From Eledone cirrhosa (lineage: Eukaryota), in assembly GCA_964016885.1 (NCBI GenBank), contig OZ024741.1, positions 221,030,001 to 221,094,000 of the forward strand: a DNA stretch of 64,000 bases, read 5' to 3'. The notes beneath the pieces are model-generated. The model saw only the letters and a program-made list of their open reading frames with translations, searched no databases and was not told where the DNA came from. A program made the translations under genes and the position numbers. This document shows, piece after piece, positions 52,611 to 64,000 of the stretch. Within the stretch, counting starts at the first letter, position 1; each line of letters begins with the position of its first letter.

Positions 52611-52814
52611 TTATATAACTATATAATACTAAAGCTCTGTGATTGCTTGCTTGTTTGTCTGTAATGTAATACAGCTAAAAGGGTGCATAATGGGAAAATA
52701 CTTTGAATGGAAGTTGACGCTGAAATGCGAATACAAATGGAATAAAATAAGATTCGCGTAAATTGGAGTAGGGGTTCCTGAGATATGAGTTTTTTCCGGC
52801 TACCTTCATAAACA

Positions 52815-53013
52815 GAGAGAGAGAGAGAGAGGGGGGGGGGGAGAAAAAGAGAGAGAGAGAGAGTGTGTGTGTGTATGTGTGTGTGAGAGAGAAGGGGATG
52901 GAGAAAAAGAGATAGTGGTTGTGAGAGAGTAGATTGAAAGAGAGACATAGAGAGACAGACAAGGAGATTGGAAAAGAGAGAGAGAGAGAGAGAGTGTGTG
53001 TGTGTGTGTGTGT

Positions 53014-53046
<33 letters not shown>

Positions 53047-53166
53047 GAAGATGGGGAGAAAGAGATAGTGGTTATGAGAGAGTAGGTTGAAAGAGAGACA
53101 TAGAGAGACAGCGAAGGAGATTGGAAAAGAGAGAGAGAGAGAGAGAGAGTGTGTGTGTGTGTGTGT

Positions 53167-53208
<42 letters not shown>

Positions 53209-53310
53209 GATGGAGAGAAAGAGATAGTGGTTGTGAGAGAGTAGATTGAAAGAGAGGCATAGAGAGACGGAGAGGAGACAGAGAAGGAGATTGGAAAAGA
53301 GAGAGAGAGC
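52815..53310. repeat. (GA)/(GT) compound repeat with ~150-bp higher-order unit, ~3 copies
   Basis: GAGATAGTGGTT.TGAGAGAGTAG.TTGAAAGAGAG recurs. Confidence 0.8.
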
Positions 53311-53540
53311 GCGCGGGTGGTGTTGTTGTGTATATATATATATATGAGTGTGTGTATATATATATGTGTGTGTATATATGTGTGTGTGTCTATGACCTAT
53401 GTATATAGATCACAGACACCCACATACATACATATATATATATATTTACGTAGACAACGTATTAGCTCAATGTACATGAACAGAGCCGTTATATGTAAAA
53501 GAAATCAAAGAACGCCTACATACTCATACAATTTTTATTT

Positions 53541-53585
53541 GCTGACAATGTTTCATCCATACCGTGGGGCAGGAATCATCAGAGC
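53541..53585 (-). ncRNA. Minimal type I hammerhead ribozyme motif (family D)
   Basis: Reverse complement: gct-CTGATGA-t tcc tgcc ccac ggta t gga t-GAAA-c att g-TC-agc, canonical GUC triplet, followed by AATAAA. Confidence 0.75.
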
Positions 53586-54885
53586 TTTATAAACAAAAAT
53601 ATATTGCTGAGTATAAGCTCTACCAAGCTTAGTCACACGAACATTAGATATACACTACAGGATAATAAGATGGAGATTGGCAATGGAAAGGATGGAGAGA
53701 ATGCGTAATGGGGTTGTTATTCAACATTACAGCTACATATGAGGTTATAGGCAGATTTTCTCACAAGAGACGGAGGCACGTGAGGGCACACAGAAACAAA
53801 TAAAGCATTTAAAGATAGTTAAAAAATATAATAATAATAAAGTAAAAGAAAAATAATAATATAAAAAGATAAATAAATAATTAAAAAAATTAAAGCACAT
53901 AAAGGCAACAGAGGAAGTTATGCATTGGTCACTATATAGAACAGGTGATTTAGTTTCCCATGACTTATAGAAATACTACGAGACCCCTTAAGTACCTTCA
54001 GATAGTCCAAAGGGGATTTTATTCCTCCCCATAGTATACATAATCAGGTTATACCAGTAGGTTATGGAACTAAGTAGACCAGGGGTGCTAAACTTGCACA
54101 TAGACAGGCACCACATCAATACAAGCCAAACACAGACGAAGCCGGGTTAATGCATGATCAAGCTGAAGCAAATAATACACAACAAATATGGTTTAGTCAC
54201 TGTATAAGGCACATCTGGCGAGGAGTCACAACATATGTATATCCACCGTAGATGTTAATCCAATCGGTTTCATATGCCCCGATTGGCGAGGAGTTATAAT
54301 ATAAGCAGATCGTCCGTAGATGGTAATCCAGTCTAGAAGTTACAACATATGTAGATCGTCCGTAAAATGTAATCCACACGCATTCATATGCTCACCAAAA
54401 CATATCAGCACATATGGTAACATATGTTACAGACTGATGTTACACATCAAAAATCCTCACATGTTTAAAATTCCAGACCGCGATGTGTTGTATGTCCAAG
54501 TTGTAGCTCCAAATTCCGTATAACCATATTCGTCACACATAATCCAACCGCGACCTCGTCCAACCAATGCCAGGTTAAATGCAGCAGTAATTCCCCGTTG
54601 ACCAAACACGCACACCACGTGGATTAACAATCAATACAAAACAGAAAATAACACAAAGTGCTCAAATCAGAAAATGCACCAGGTACCACAGTATGTCCGT
54701 TAGGTGAGGTCGTACCCATATAGGCATACAATAACCATATGTATACACACACACACATTTATATACATACATACACACACGTATATATATGGGCCTTCCA
54801 GTTTCATTTCACATTATATACATGTCTGTGTATATCTTAATTATTTAAAAATTGTTTTGAAGTGAACGGGTCACGGGTGGTTTAG

Positions 54886-54935
<50 letters not shown>

Positions 54936-54938
<3 letters not shown>

Positions 54939-55142
54939 GGTGGGCCAAAAGTCACTTCTTATTCTTACCTATTTTTATTAATAAAACATTACAAATTAAC
55001 ACAAAACTTTTTTTTATCTTTAAATTAAATTTCACAACTGGATCTTGTTTTTATTCAACTTTAAACTGAAAGAAAAATATGATATTTTGATAATTACAAA
55101 AATTATGAAAATTTAATAGGAAGTGACTCTTGCCCCACCCTG
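54936..55142. mobile_element. Tc1/mariner-type MITE
   Basis: TIRs CAGGGTGGGCCAAAAGTCACTTCTTATT / AATAGGAAGTGACTCTTGCCCCACCCTG flanked by TA. Confidence 0.85.
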
Positions 55143-55159
55143 TATATATATATATATAA

Positions 55160-55492
55160 ACAGTGAGTTATTTGGTTTGTTGATTATTCAACAAAGTTAA
55201 TTGACAACAGATTAGAAGCACTCAACGATTTTATCCAGAGTATCATTAATATCAAAATATTAATAAATGGAAAATATCTTTATAAAATTATATTTATTTT
55301 ATTATACGTATTTCAAGGGTCTATCTTCAATGAACTCATAACATGAAGTTTACATGAAGATATGTCACTATCTTTACAGCAATTATTATATTTTATCTGA
55401 CGAAAGCATACTAAAATATTAGTACCCTTGAAATACGTATAATAAAATAAATATGGTTTTATAAAGATATTTTCCATTTATTAATATTATTG

Positions 55493-55494
<2 letters not shown>
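55160..55494. mobile_element. Fold-back element (family C-like) between (TA)n tracts
   Basis: Arms ~55251-55320 / ~55424-55494; tail with GCACTCAA motif at ~55218. Confidence 0.7.
55389..55449 (+). ncRNA. Minimal type I hammerhead ribozyme motif
   Basis: tattttat-CTGACGA-aag ca tacta aaatat tagta cc ctt-GAAA-tacgta-TA-ataaaata; palindromic helix III. Confidence 0.8.
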
Positions 55495-55551
<57 letters not shown>

Positions 55552-55799
55552 TGTTGAATGTATGTGTATATGGTATATCCAATAAACCTACTTAATTCAG
55601 TAAATTAATACTCATCTATATAGGTAGCTATACATTGAATCATTCAATACATATATGGTGGCAGGGGGAGGCACAGTTTGGCAATCGGTGCCGTAATTCA
55701 TTCCTGGTACAGCAAATTCCCTCCTTTTTTTTTTATTTCGGCATAATGTATCTAGGAGTAAATTTAACGGCATTTTTTTTTTAATTGCTGAGTATTATT

Positions 55800-55974
55800 T
55801 GAGAATTGGTAGTATCGGACGCCATGCTTTCCAGCATAGTTACGTCCCTTTATGGTCTGAGTTCAAATCCCGTCGAAGTTAAATTTGCCTTTCATCCTTA
55901 CGGGGTCGATAAAATAAAGTACCAGTAATGTACTGGGTAATTGCTGGCCTTGTGCCAATAGTAGAAACAATTAT
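55800..55974 (+). mobile_element. tRNA-derived SINE
   Basis: Same family as 20117-20300. Confidence 0.9.
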
Positions 55975-56279
55975 TAGATATAACTGACTGTGGTTATTGG
56001 AGGACTTTGACTGCCTCGTGCGTCTCAAGACACGGGAGCTACTGAGTATAAATGCAAGGAAAACTTAGTTGTTATTTCTAGCAGATATGTCGACCACATA
56101 TAGGCTCCCTCATTAGCTCGTAGCCTGGGGTAAACTTTGTCTTTTTTTTTCTACTTGAGATCGATAAAATAAGATACCAGTCACGTACTGAGGTCGATAA
56201 CAATCAGACACTTGTTGCTCCCACATTTCGGCTCTTGTACCAAACTTACAGGGGAATAAATACTGCTATGAGAAACAGC

Positions 56280-56489
56280 TCTGCTGTTGCTTGTACTGCT
56301 GATGATGTTGATGGTGTTACTGCTGGAGTTGCTGCAGCTGGTGTTGTTGCTGCTGCCATTGCTGCTGCTGCTGTTGCTACTGCTGTTGTTGCTGCTGCTG
56401 TTGCTACTTCTGTTGTGCTAACAGCTGTTACTGTAGCTACTGCTGCTGTTGCTACTGCTGTCGTTGCTGCTGTTGTTGCTGCAGCTGTC

Positions 56490-56520
<31 letters not shown>

Positions 56521-57247
56521 TTGCTACTGCTGTTGTTGCTGCTGTTGCTACTTCTGTTGTGCTAACAGCTGTTATTGTAGCTACTGCTGCTGTTGCTACT
56601 GCTGCCGTTGCTGCTGTTGTTGCTGCAGCTGTCGTTGCTGTTGCTGCCGTTGCTACTGCTGCCGTTGCTACTGCTGCCGTTGCTACTGCTGCCGTTGCTA
56701 CTGCTGCCGTTGCTACTGCTGCCGTTGCTACTGCTGCCGTTGCTACTGCTGCCGTTGCTGCTGCTGCCGTTGCTACTGCTGCCGTTGCTACTGCTGCCGT
56801 TGCTATTACTGCCGTTGCTACTGCTGCCGTTGCTGCTGCTGCCGTTGCTACTGCTGCCGTTGCTACTGCTGCCGTTGCTGCTGTTGTTGCTGTAGCTGTC
56901 GTTGCTGTTGCTGCTACTGCTGCCGTTGCTACTGCTGTCGTTGCTACTGCTGCCGTTGCTGCTGCCGTTGCTACTGCTGCCGTTGCTACTGCTGCCGTTG
57001 CTACTGCTGCCGTTGCTGCTGCTGTCGTTGCTGCTGTTGTTGCTGCAGCTGTCGTTGCTGTTGCTGTTGCTGTTGCTGCTACTGCTGACGTTGCTACTGC
57101 TGCCGTTGCTACTGCTGCCGTTGCTACTGCTGCCGTTGCTGTTGCTGCAGTTGCTACTGCTGCCGTTGCTGCTGTTGCTGCTGCAGCTGTCGTTGCTTCT
57201 GCTGCCGTTGCTACTGCTGCAGTTGCTACTGCTGCAGTTGCTACCGT
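56280..57247. repeat. Triplet-based GCT/GTT/ACT minisatellite, core 15-mer GTTGCTACTGCTGCC
   Basis: Directly visible; open Ala/Thr/Val frames on both strands. Confidence 0.92.
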
Positions 57248-57277
57248 ATAATTGATTTCTATCGGTATAGATAAAAG

Positions 57278-57452
57278 ACAGGTGACCTCTGTCACATATC
57301 ACAACAGGTGACCTCTGACACATATCACAACAGGTGACCTCTGACACATATCACAACAGGTGACCTCTGACATATATCACAACAGGTGACCTCTGACACA
57401 TATCACAACAGGTGACCCCTGTCACAACAGGTGACCTCTATCACATATCACA
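57278..57452. repeat. 26-bp tandem repeat (CAGGTGACCTCTGACACATATCACAA), ~6 units
   Basis: Directly visible. Confidence 0.9.
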
Positions 57453-58048
57453 GACGGGGTATAGGTCGCAGATGGTCGTCCACGTGTCAATAGTACATAC
57501 TTACATACATACATACACACATACATACACACATACATACACATATACACTTACATACACACACAGACACACAGATAGACACAGACACACACACATACAT
57601 ACGTACACACACAGACAGACAGACACACACACACACACATACATACATACACAAAGACACACAGACAGACACAGACACACAGACAGACACACGGACACAA
57701 CACACAGATGAGCTGTAGGTCACAGATGGTCGTACATTTGTCAATAGTACATACTTACATACACACACATATATACATATATACATGCACACACAACACA
57801 CAAACACACACATGGAGGCGCATACAGACACACCCACAAACATACAGACACATACACATACACACACAGAGACACTGACACAACATACACACACAGAAAC
57901 ACACACATACAGACACTGACACACACTCCACTCAGTATCTTTCATATATATATATATTTGTGTGTATGGCTGTGTGTATGTACACATAGATATATAATTA
58001 CATACATGCACGCAAACGCACACATACATACACACACACTGACACACT

Positions 58049-58173
<125 letters not shown>

Positions 58174-58263
58174 TTGTGTAAACGGTAAACAGAAATAACA
58201 AAGCAAACAACACAGTACATTTAGAAATATATTAGTTTAACGCTTGAAATAGCAGGAAAAGAG

Positions 58264-58298
58264 TCTTAACGTTTCGGTATTAGTCCTTCATCAGAAGA
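58264..58298 (-). ncRNA. Minimal hammerhead motif with loopless palindromic helix III (AACGTT)
   Basis: Reverse complement: tctt-CTGATGA-aggactaatacc-GAAA-cg-TT-aaga; weak helix II. Confidence 0.55.
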
Positions 58299-58329
58299 TA
58301 GTTACAAATAAAAGATGAATAGGAAGAAA

Positions 58330-58660
58330 GTATGTATCTATGGTCCCATAACTCCCGAGGGTGTCGTAGGGGTACTGTATTGACATACGGCGTTTCTAGG
58401 GCATTTTTTAAAAGCCTGACAGAGCCCATCTCCTCTCCAGGTCTGAATACAGCAAATTTCTTCCAGAGAAAGTTAGAAAGTCAGAGAATGGAAGTGAGAA
58501 AGAGATGTAGAAGAATAATCGACCCCAGTACAAGACTGGTACACTTTTATCGACCTCGAAAGGATGAAAGGCAAAGTTGACCTCGGTGGGATTTGAACTC
58601 AGAGAGCAGAAAGCCGGAACCAATACTACAAAACATCCGATGTTCTAACAACTCTTTCCA
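58330..58660 (-). mobile_element. Long-tail SINE variant
   Basis: Reverse complement of the 35125-35450 type. Confidence 0.85.
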
Positions 58661-58727
58661 GTAATAAATAAGTATTAACACTTTATATTTCCCCTTTTTT
58701 AATAGTTTTGTTTCTGAGATACTTTCA

Positions 58728-59115
58728 TAAATTTATCGTCACATTGACGAAAGAAACTTATTCTCGTATTAACCCCTAATTTATCGTCACATTGACGACA
58801 GAACTCTATTCTCGTATTAACACCTAATTTATCGTCACATTGACGACAGAAACTTATTCTCGTATTAACCCCTAATTTATCGTCACATTGACGACAGAAC
58901 CCTATTCTCGTATTAACCCCTAATTTATCGTCACATTGACGACAGAACCCTATTCTCGTATTAACCCCTAATTTATCGTCACATTGACGACAGAAACTTA
59001 TTCTCGTATTAACCCCTAATTTATCGTCACATTGACGACAGAACCTTATTCTCGTATTAACCCCTAATTTATCGTCACATTGACGACAGAACCCTATTCT
59101 CGTATGAAACCCTAA
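58728..59115. repeat. 48-bp hairpin-containing tandem repeat, ~8 units
   Basis: TAATTTATCGTCACATTGACGACAGAACCCTATTCTCGTATTAACCCC. Confidence 0.95.
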
Positions 59116-59164
59116 TCAACTTCTTCAAGTTCTACTTGACGAAGAAAGTGAGGGTAGAGAGAGA

Positions 59165-59227
<63 letters not shown>

Positions 59228-59344
59228 TGAGAGAGAGAGAGAGTGTGTGTGTGAGAGAGAGAGAGAAAGAGTGTGTATGTGTGTGTGTGAAAAAGAGAGA
59301 GGGAGTGTGTGTCAGAGAGAGAGAGTGTGTGAGAGAGAGAGTGT

Positions 59345-60695
59345 GTCTATAGCCACTATAGACCCCTATAGAGGCTATAGGGGTCTATAGTGGCTATATA
59401 GGTCTATAGTGGCTATAGGGGTCTATAGTGGCTATATAGGTATATAGTGGCTATAGGGGTCTATAGTGGATATATAGGTCAATAGTGGCTATAGGGGTCT
59501 ATAGTGGTTATATAGGTCTATAGTGGATAGATAGATCTATAGTGACTATATAGATCTATAGTGGATATATAGGTCTATAGTGGTTATATAGGTCTATAGT
59601 GGCTATATAGGTCTATAGGGTCTATAGTGGCTATAGGGGTCTATGGTGACTATATAGGTCTATAGTGGCTATAGTCTATCTATAGTGAATATATAGGTCT
59701 ATAGTCTATCTATAGTGACTATATAGGTCTATAGTCTATCTATAGTGGCTATATAGGTCTATAGTCTATCTATAGTGGATATATAGGCCTATAGTCTATC
59801 TATAGTGGATATATAGGTCTATAGTCTATAGTGGATATATAGGTCTATAGTCTATCTATAGTGGATACATATAGGTCTATAGTCTATCTATAGTGGCTAT
59901 ATAGGTCTATAGTCTATCTATAGTGGATATATAGGTCTATAGTCTATCTATAGTGGCTATATAGGTCTATAGTCTATCTATAGTGGCTATATAGGTCTAT
60001 AGTCTATCTATAGTGGATATATAGGTCTATAGTCTATCTATAGTGGATATATAGGTCTATAGTCTATCTATAGTGGATATATAGGTCTATAGTCTATCTA
60101 TAGTGGCTATATAGGTCTATAGTCTATCTATAGTGGATATATAGGACTATAGTCTATCTATAGTGGCTATATAGGTCTATAGTATATCTATAGTGGCTAT
60201 ATAGGTCTATAGTCTATCTATAGTGGATATATAGGTCTATAGTCTATCTATAGTGGATATATAGGTCTATAGTCTATCTATAGTGGATATATAGGTCTAT
60301 AGTCTATCTATAGTGGCTATATAGGTCTATAGTCTATCTATAGTGGCTATATAGGTCTATAGTCTATCTATAGTGGATATATAGGTCTATAGTCTATCTA
60401 TAGTGGATATATAGGTCTATAGTCTATCTATAGTGGCTATATAGGTCTATAGTCTATCTATAGTGGATATATAGGTCTATAGTCTATCTATAGTGGATAT
60501 ATAGGTCTATAGTCTATCTATAGTGGCTATATAGGTCTATAGTCTATCTATAGTGGATATATAGGTCTATAGTCTATCTATAGTGGATATATAGGTCTAT
60601 AGTCTATCTATAGTGGCTATATAGGACTATAGTCTATCTATAGTGGATATATAGGTCTATACTCTATCTATAGTGGATATATAGGTCTATAGTCT
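59345..60695. repeat. CTATAG-based minisatellite: 19/20-bp units grading into a 30-bp unit (GGTCTATAGTCTATCTATAGTGGATATATA)
   Basis: Directly visible. Confidence 0.95.
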
Positions 60696-60865
60696 AAATA
60701 TGCTTTTCTAACAACGAGGAAAGTAACCACGAGATAGCACGTTCAATGCCCTGGAGGTAACAAAGAGACAAGGGCTTTTGTATGGGTTCAGCTGGAATTA
60801 CTCTGAAGTGCACAACTACTGGGGAACTGGTCCTTTCTACTGTTATCATGTATGTATACTTATTA

Positions 60866-61178
60866 CAGGTGACTAATTAACAGAGTCGTCAGAACGTCAG
60901 ATAGAATACTTTGCGGTATTCGTTCCGGTCTCTGCTCTTTCAGTTCAAATCCCGCCAAGATCAACTTTGCCTTTCGTCCTTTCGAGGTCGATAAAAAAGT
61001 ACCAGTGTAGTACTGGGGTCGATTCTTCCTCTATATCTCTTTCTCATTTCCTTTCTCTGGAAGAAATCTGCTGTGCTCAGGCCTGGAGAGGGATGGGCTC
61101 CGACAGGCTTAAAATACCCAAGAAACGCCGTATGTCACTACAGCGCCCCTATGACACTATCAGGAGTTACGGGACCAT
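60866..61178 (+). mobile_element. Long-tail SINE variant
   Basis: Ends GGAGTTACGGGACCATAC, running into the pentamer array. Confidence 0.85.
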
Positions 61179-62933
61179 ACCATACCATACTATACTATAC
61201 CATACCATACCATACCATACTATACTATACCATACCATACCATACCATACCATACCATACCATACTATACTATACCATACCATACCATACCATACTATAC
61301 TATACCATACTATACCATACCATACCATACCATACCATACTATACCATACTATACCATACTATACTATACCATACCATACCATACCATACTATACCATAC
61401 TATACCATACTATACTATACCATACCATACCATACCATACCATACTATACCATACTATACCATACCATACCATACCATACCATACCATACTATACTATAC
61501 CATACCATACTATACTATACCATACCATACCATACCATACTATACTATACCATACTATACCATACCATACCATACTATACCATACTATACCATACTATAC
61601 CATACCATACCATACTATACTATACTATACCATACCATACCATACTATACCATACTATACCATACCATACCATACCATGCCATACTATACCATACCATAC
61701 CATACCATACTATACTATACCATACCATACCATACTATACTATACTATACCATACTATACCATACCATACCATACCATACTATACCATACTATACCATAC
61801 TATACTATACCATACCATACCATACCATACCATACTATACTATACCATACTATACCATACCATACCATACCATACTATACCATACTATACCATACTATAC
61901 CATACCATACCATACTATACCATACTATACCATACTATACTATACCATACCATACCATACCATACCATACTATACTATACCATACTATACCATACCATAC
62001 CATACCATACCATACTATACCATACTATACCATACTATACCATACCATACCATACTATACTATACCATACTATACCATACCATACCATACTATACTATAC
62101 CATACCATACCATACCATACTATACTATACCATACTATACCATACCATACCATACCATACTATACCATACTATACCATACTATACCATACCATACCATAC
62201 TATACTATACTATACCATACCATACCATACTATACCATACTATACCATACTATACCATACTATACCATACCATACTATACCATACTATACCATACTATAC
62301 CATACTATACCATACTATACAATACTATACTATACCATATCATACCATACCATACTATACCATACCATACCATACCATACCATACACTATCATACCATAC
62401 CATACTATACTATACTATACCATACCATATCATACCATACCATACTATACCATACCATACTATACTATACCATACCATACCATACTATACCATACCATAC
62501 TATACCATACCATACCATACCCTATCATACCATACCATACTATACTATACTATACCATACCATATCATACCATACCATACTATACCATACCATACTATAC
62601 CATACCATACCATACCCTATCATACCATACCATACTATACTATACCATACCATACCATACCATACCATATTATACCATACCATACCATACTATACCATAC
62701 CATACTATACCATACCATACCATGCTATACCATACCATACTATACCATGCCATACTATACTATACCATACATTACTATGCTATACCATACCATACTATAC
62801 CATGCCATACTATACCATACCATACCTTACTATGCTATACCATACCATACCATACTATACCATGCCATACTATACCATACCATACCTTACTATGCTATAC
62901 CATACCATACCATGTCATATCATACCATGCCAT
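61175..62933. repeat. (CATAC/TATAC)n pentanucleotide microsatellite, ~350 units
   Basis: Directly visible; explains the HTIPY ORFs. Confidence 0.97.
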
Positions 62934-63026
62934 ATTTATTACATATTCTTATTGCTATTCCATCTGTTTTTTTTCTTTAGCGATGTCTCCACCGTCCCTT
63001 TATTGAATCTAAACAATACTCTGGTA

Positions 63027-63344
63027 AACGGTGAATTGGCAGAGTTGTTAGAACATCAGATAGAAGGTTGTCTTTGTTTCGGCTCTCTCTTTTCTGAGTT
63101 CAAATTGCACCGAGGTCAACTTTGCCATTCATCCCTTCGATGTCGATAAAAAGTAGCAGTCTAGTACTGGGGTCGATTCTTCCTCTGTATATCTTTCCCG
63201 TTTCCATTTTTTCTCTCTCCTTTTCTTGGGGAAATTTACCGTGTTCGGATCTGGAAAAAGATAGACTCCGCCAGGTTTTAAAATGCCCAAGAAATGCCGT
63301 ATATCAATACGGGACCCCTACGATTCCTCGGGAGTTACGGGACC
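63027..63344 (+). mobile_element. Long-tail SINE variant (diverged)
   Basis: CTGAGTTCAAATT..GAGGTCAACTTTGCC..CTCGGGAGTTACGGGACC. Confidence 0.8.
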
Positions 63345-63399
63345 TTGCGTGCATATACAGAATTGTTTTGTTCTTGTATTATCACTAATTTCTTGTGCC

Positions 63400-63783
63400 A
63401 TTCTGGCCAGGCCAATCCCTAATCAACTTTTCCCAGTTTTACTTGGAAAAGAAAATGAGGGTGTATAGAGAAGTTCTGGACTCAGTATATCTGCTAAAAG
63501 GTGGGTAAATGTGGTTAGAATGGCCTGTAGGCTGTTTGGTTTGAGAAGAGGACGGGTGCCCTTTCCGAGTGCTCTCGAAGTGTCAGGTGGTTCAGGGTTG
63601 GTGGGTTACCTGAGTCGCCCCTGGATGATTCTCCCCCCATTTGGGGAATTCTGTTGATTGTATTTTATTGTTTATTGTTATTGTTTATATAAATATTTTC
63701 CACGACTTCATTGTAAACCCCGCCCCCCTGTCCCTGTCTTATTGTCCCCTATATGTAGGCCCTTGTGGCCAATAAAGAAAGAA
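63400..63783 (+). mobile_element. Tx1-type LINE 3' fragment
   Basis: KMRVYREVL..KRWVNVVRMA aligns with RIRMEREVL..ERWVKVARMA of the 40.4-kb ORF; 3' end GCCCTTGTGGCCAATAAAGAAA. Confidence 0.7.
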
Positions 63784-63797
63784 TTATTATTAAGGCA

Positions 63798-63990
63798 GGC
63801 GGTGGATTGGCAGCATCGATAGAGGGTGGAACGCCATGCTTTTTAGCAAAGAGTTACGGCCCTTTATGGTCTGAGTTCAAATCCCGTCGAGGTTAACTTT
63901 GCTTTTCATCTTTACGGGATCGATAAAATAAAGTACCAGTAATACACTGGGATAATTGCTGGCCTTGTGCTAAAAGTAGAAACAATTATT
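63798..63990 (+). mobile_element. Full-length tRNA-derived SINE
   Basis: Same family; AATTATTATTAAGGCAG on both sides (TSD or start of a tandem copy). Confidence 0.9.
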
Positions 63991-64000
63991 ATTAAGGCAG

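Noticed and set aside
52615-52810. Second Helitron 5' portion
   Set aside because: Resembles Helitron-type starts, but no 3' hairpin-CTRR end was found and the 5' end is obscured by the SINE TSD
58728-59115. CRISPR array (palindromic repeat)
   Set aside because: Units are contiguous with no spacers
60967-63149. HTIPY-repeat ORFs of 490-679 aa
   Set aside because: Pentanucleotide microsatellite open in all three frames

Overview
Eukaryotic, repeat-saturated intergenic or intronic DNA. It is most likely from a cephalopod (Octopus-like), inferred from the dominant tRNA-derived SINE and the abundant (TA)n/(CATA)n/(GA)n microsatellites. No intact host protein-coding gene can be supported, and nearly all ORF-track entries are microsatellite artefacts. 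The recognisable coding remnants are all retroelements: a near full-length decayed R4/Dong-type RLE LINE (21.2-25.3 kb, minus) plus 3' fragments of this and a second R4-like family, a 5'-truncated Tx1-type LINE in (GA)n (40.2-42.9 kb), RTE fragments, CRE-type fragments, and a Penelope-like (PLE) RT/GIY-YIG remnant (16-17 kb). There is also a non-autonomous Helitron with precise ends, a Tc1/mariner MITE, about 20 SINE pieces and many minisatellites (45, 59, 68, 48, 30, 26, 15 and 11 bp units; a 5-bp array grown from a SINE tail). The most striking unexplained structure is a population of about 12 type I hammerhead-ribozyme motifs from several unrelated sequence families. They sit in short non-coding elements, mostly at (TA)n tracts, are often fold-back palindromes, and several share a 3'-subterminal (G)TATTGAGT(A/G)C motif. 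One family is linked by sequence to the Penelope remnant. Folds were made by eye and coordinates are approximate to a few bases unless termini are quoted.
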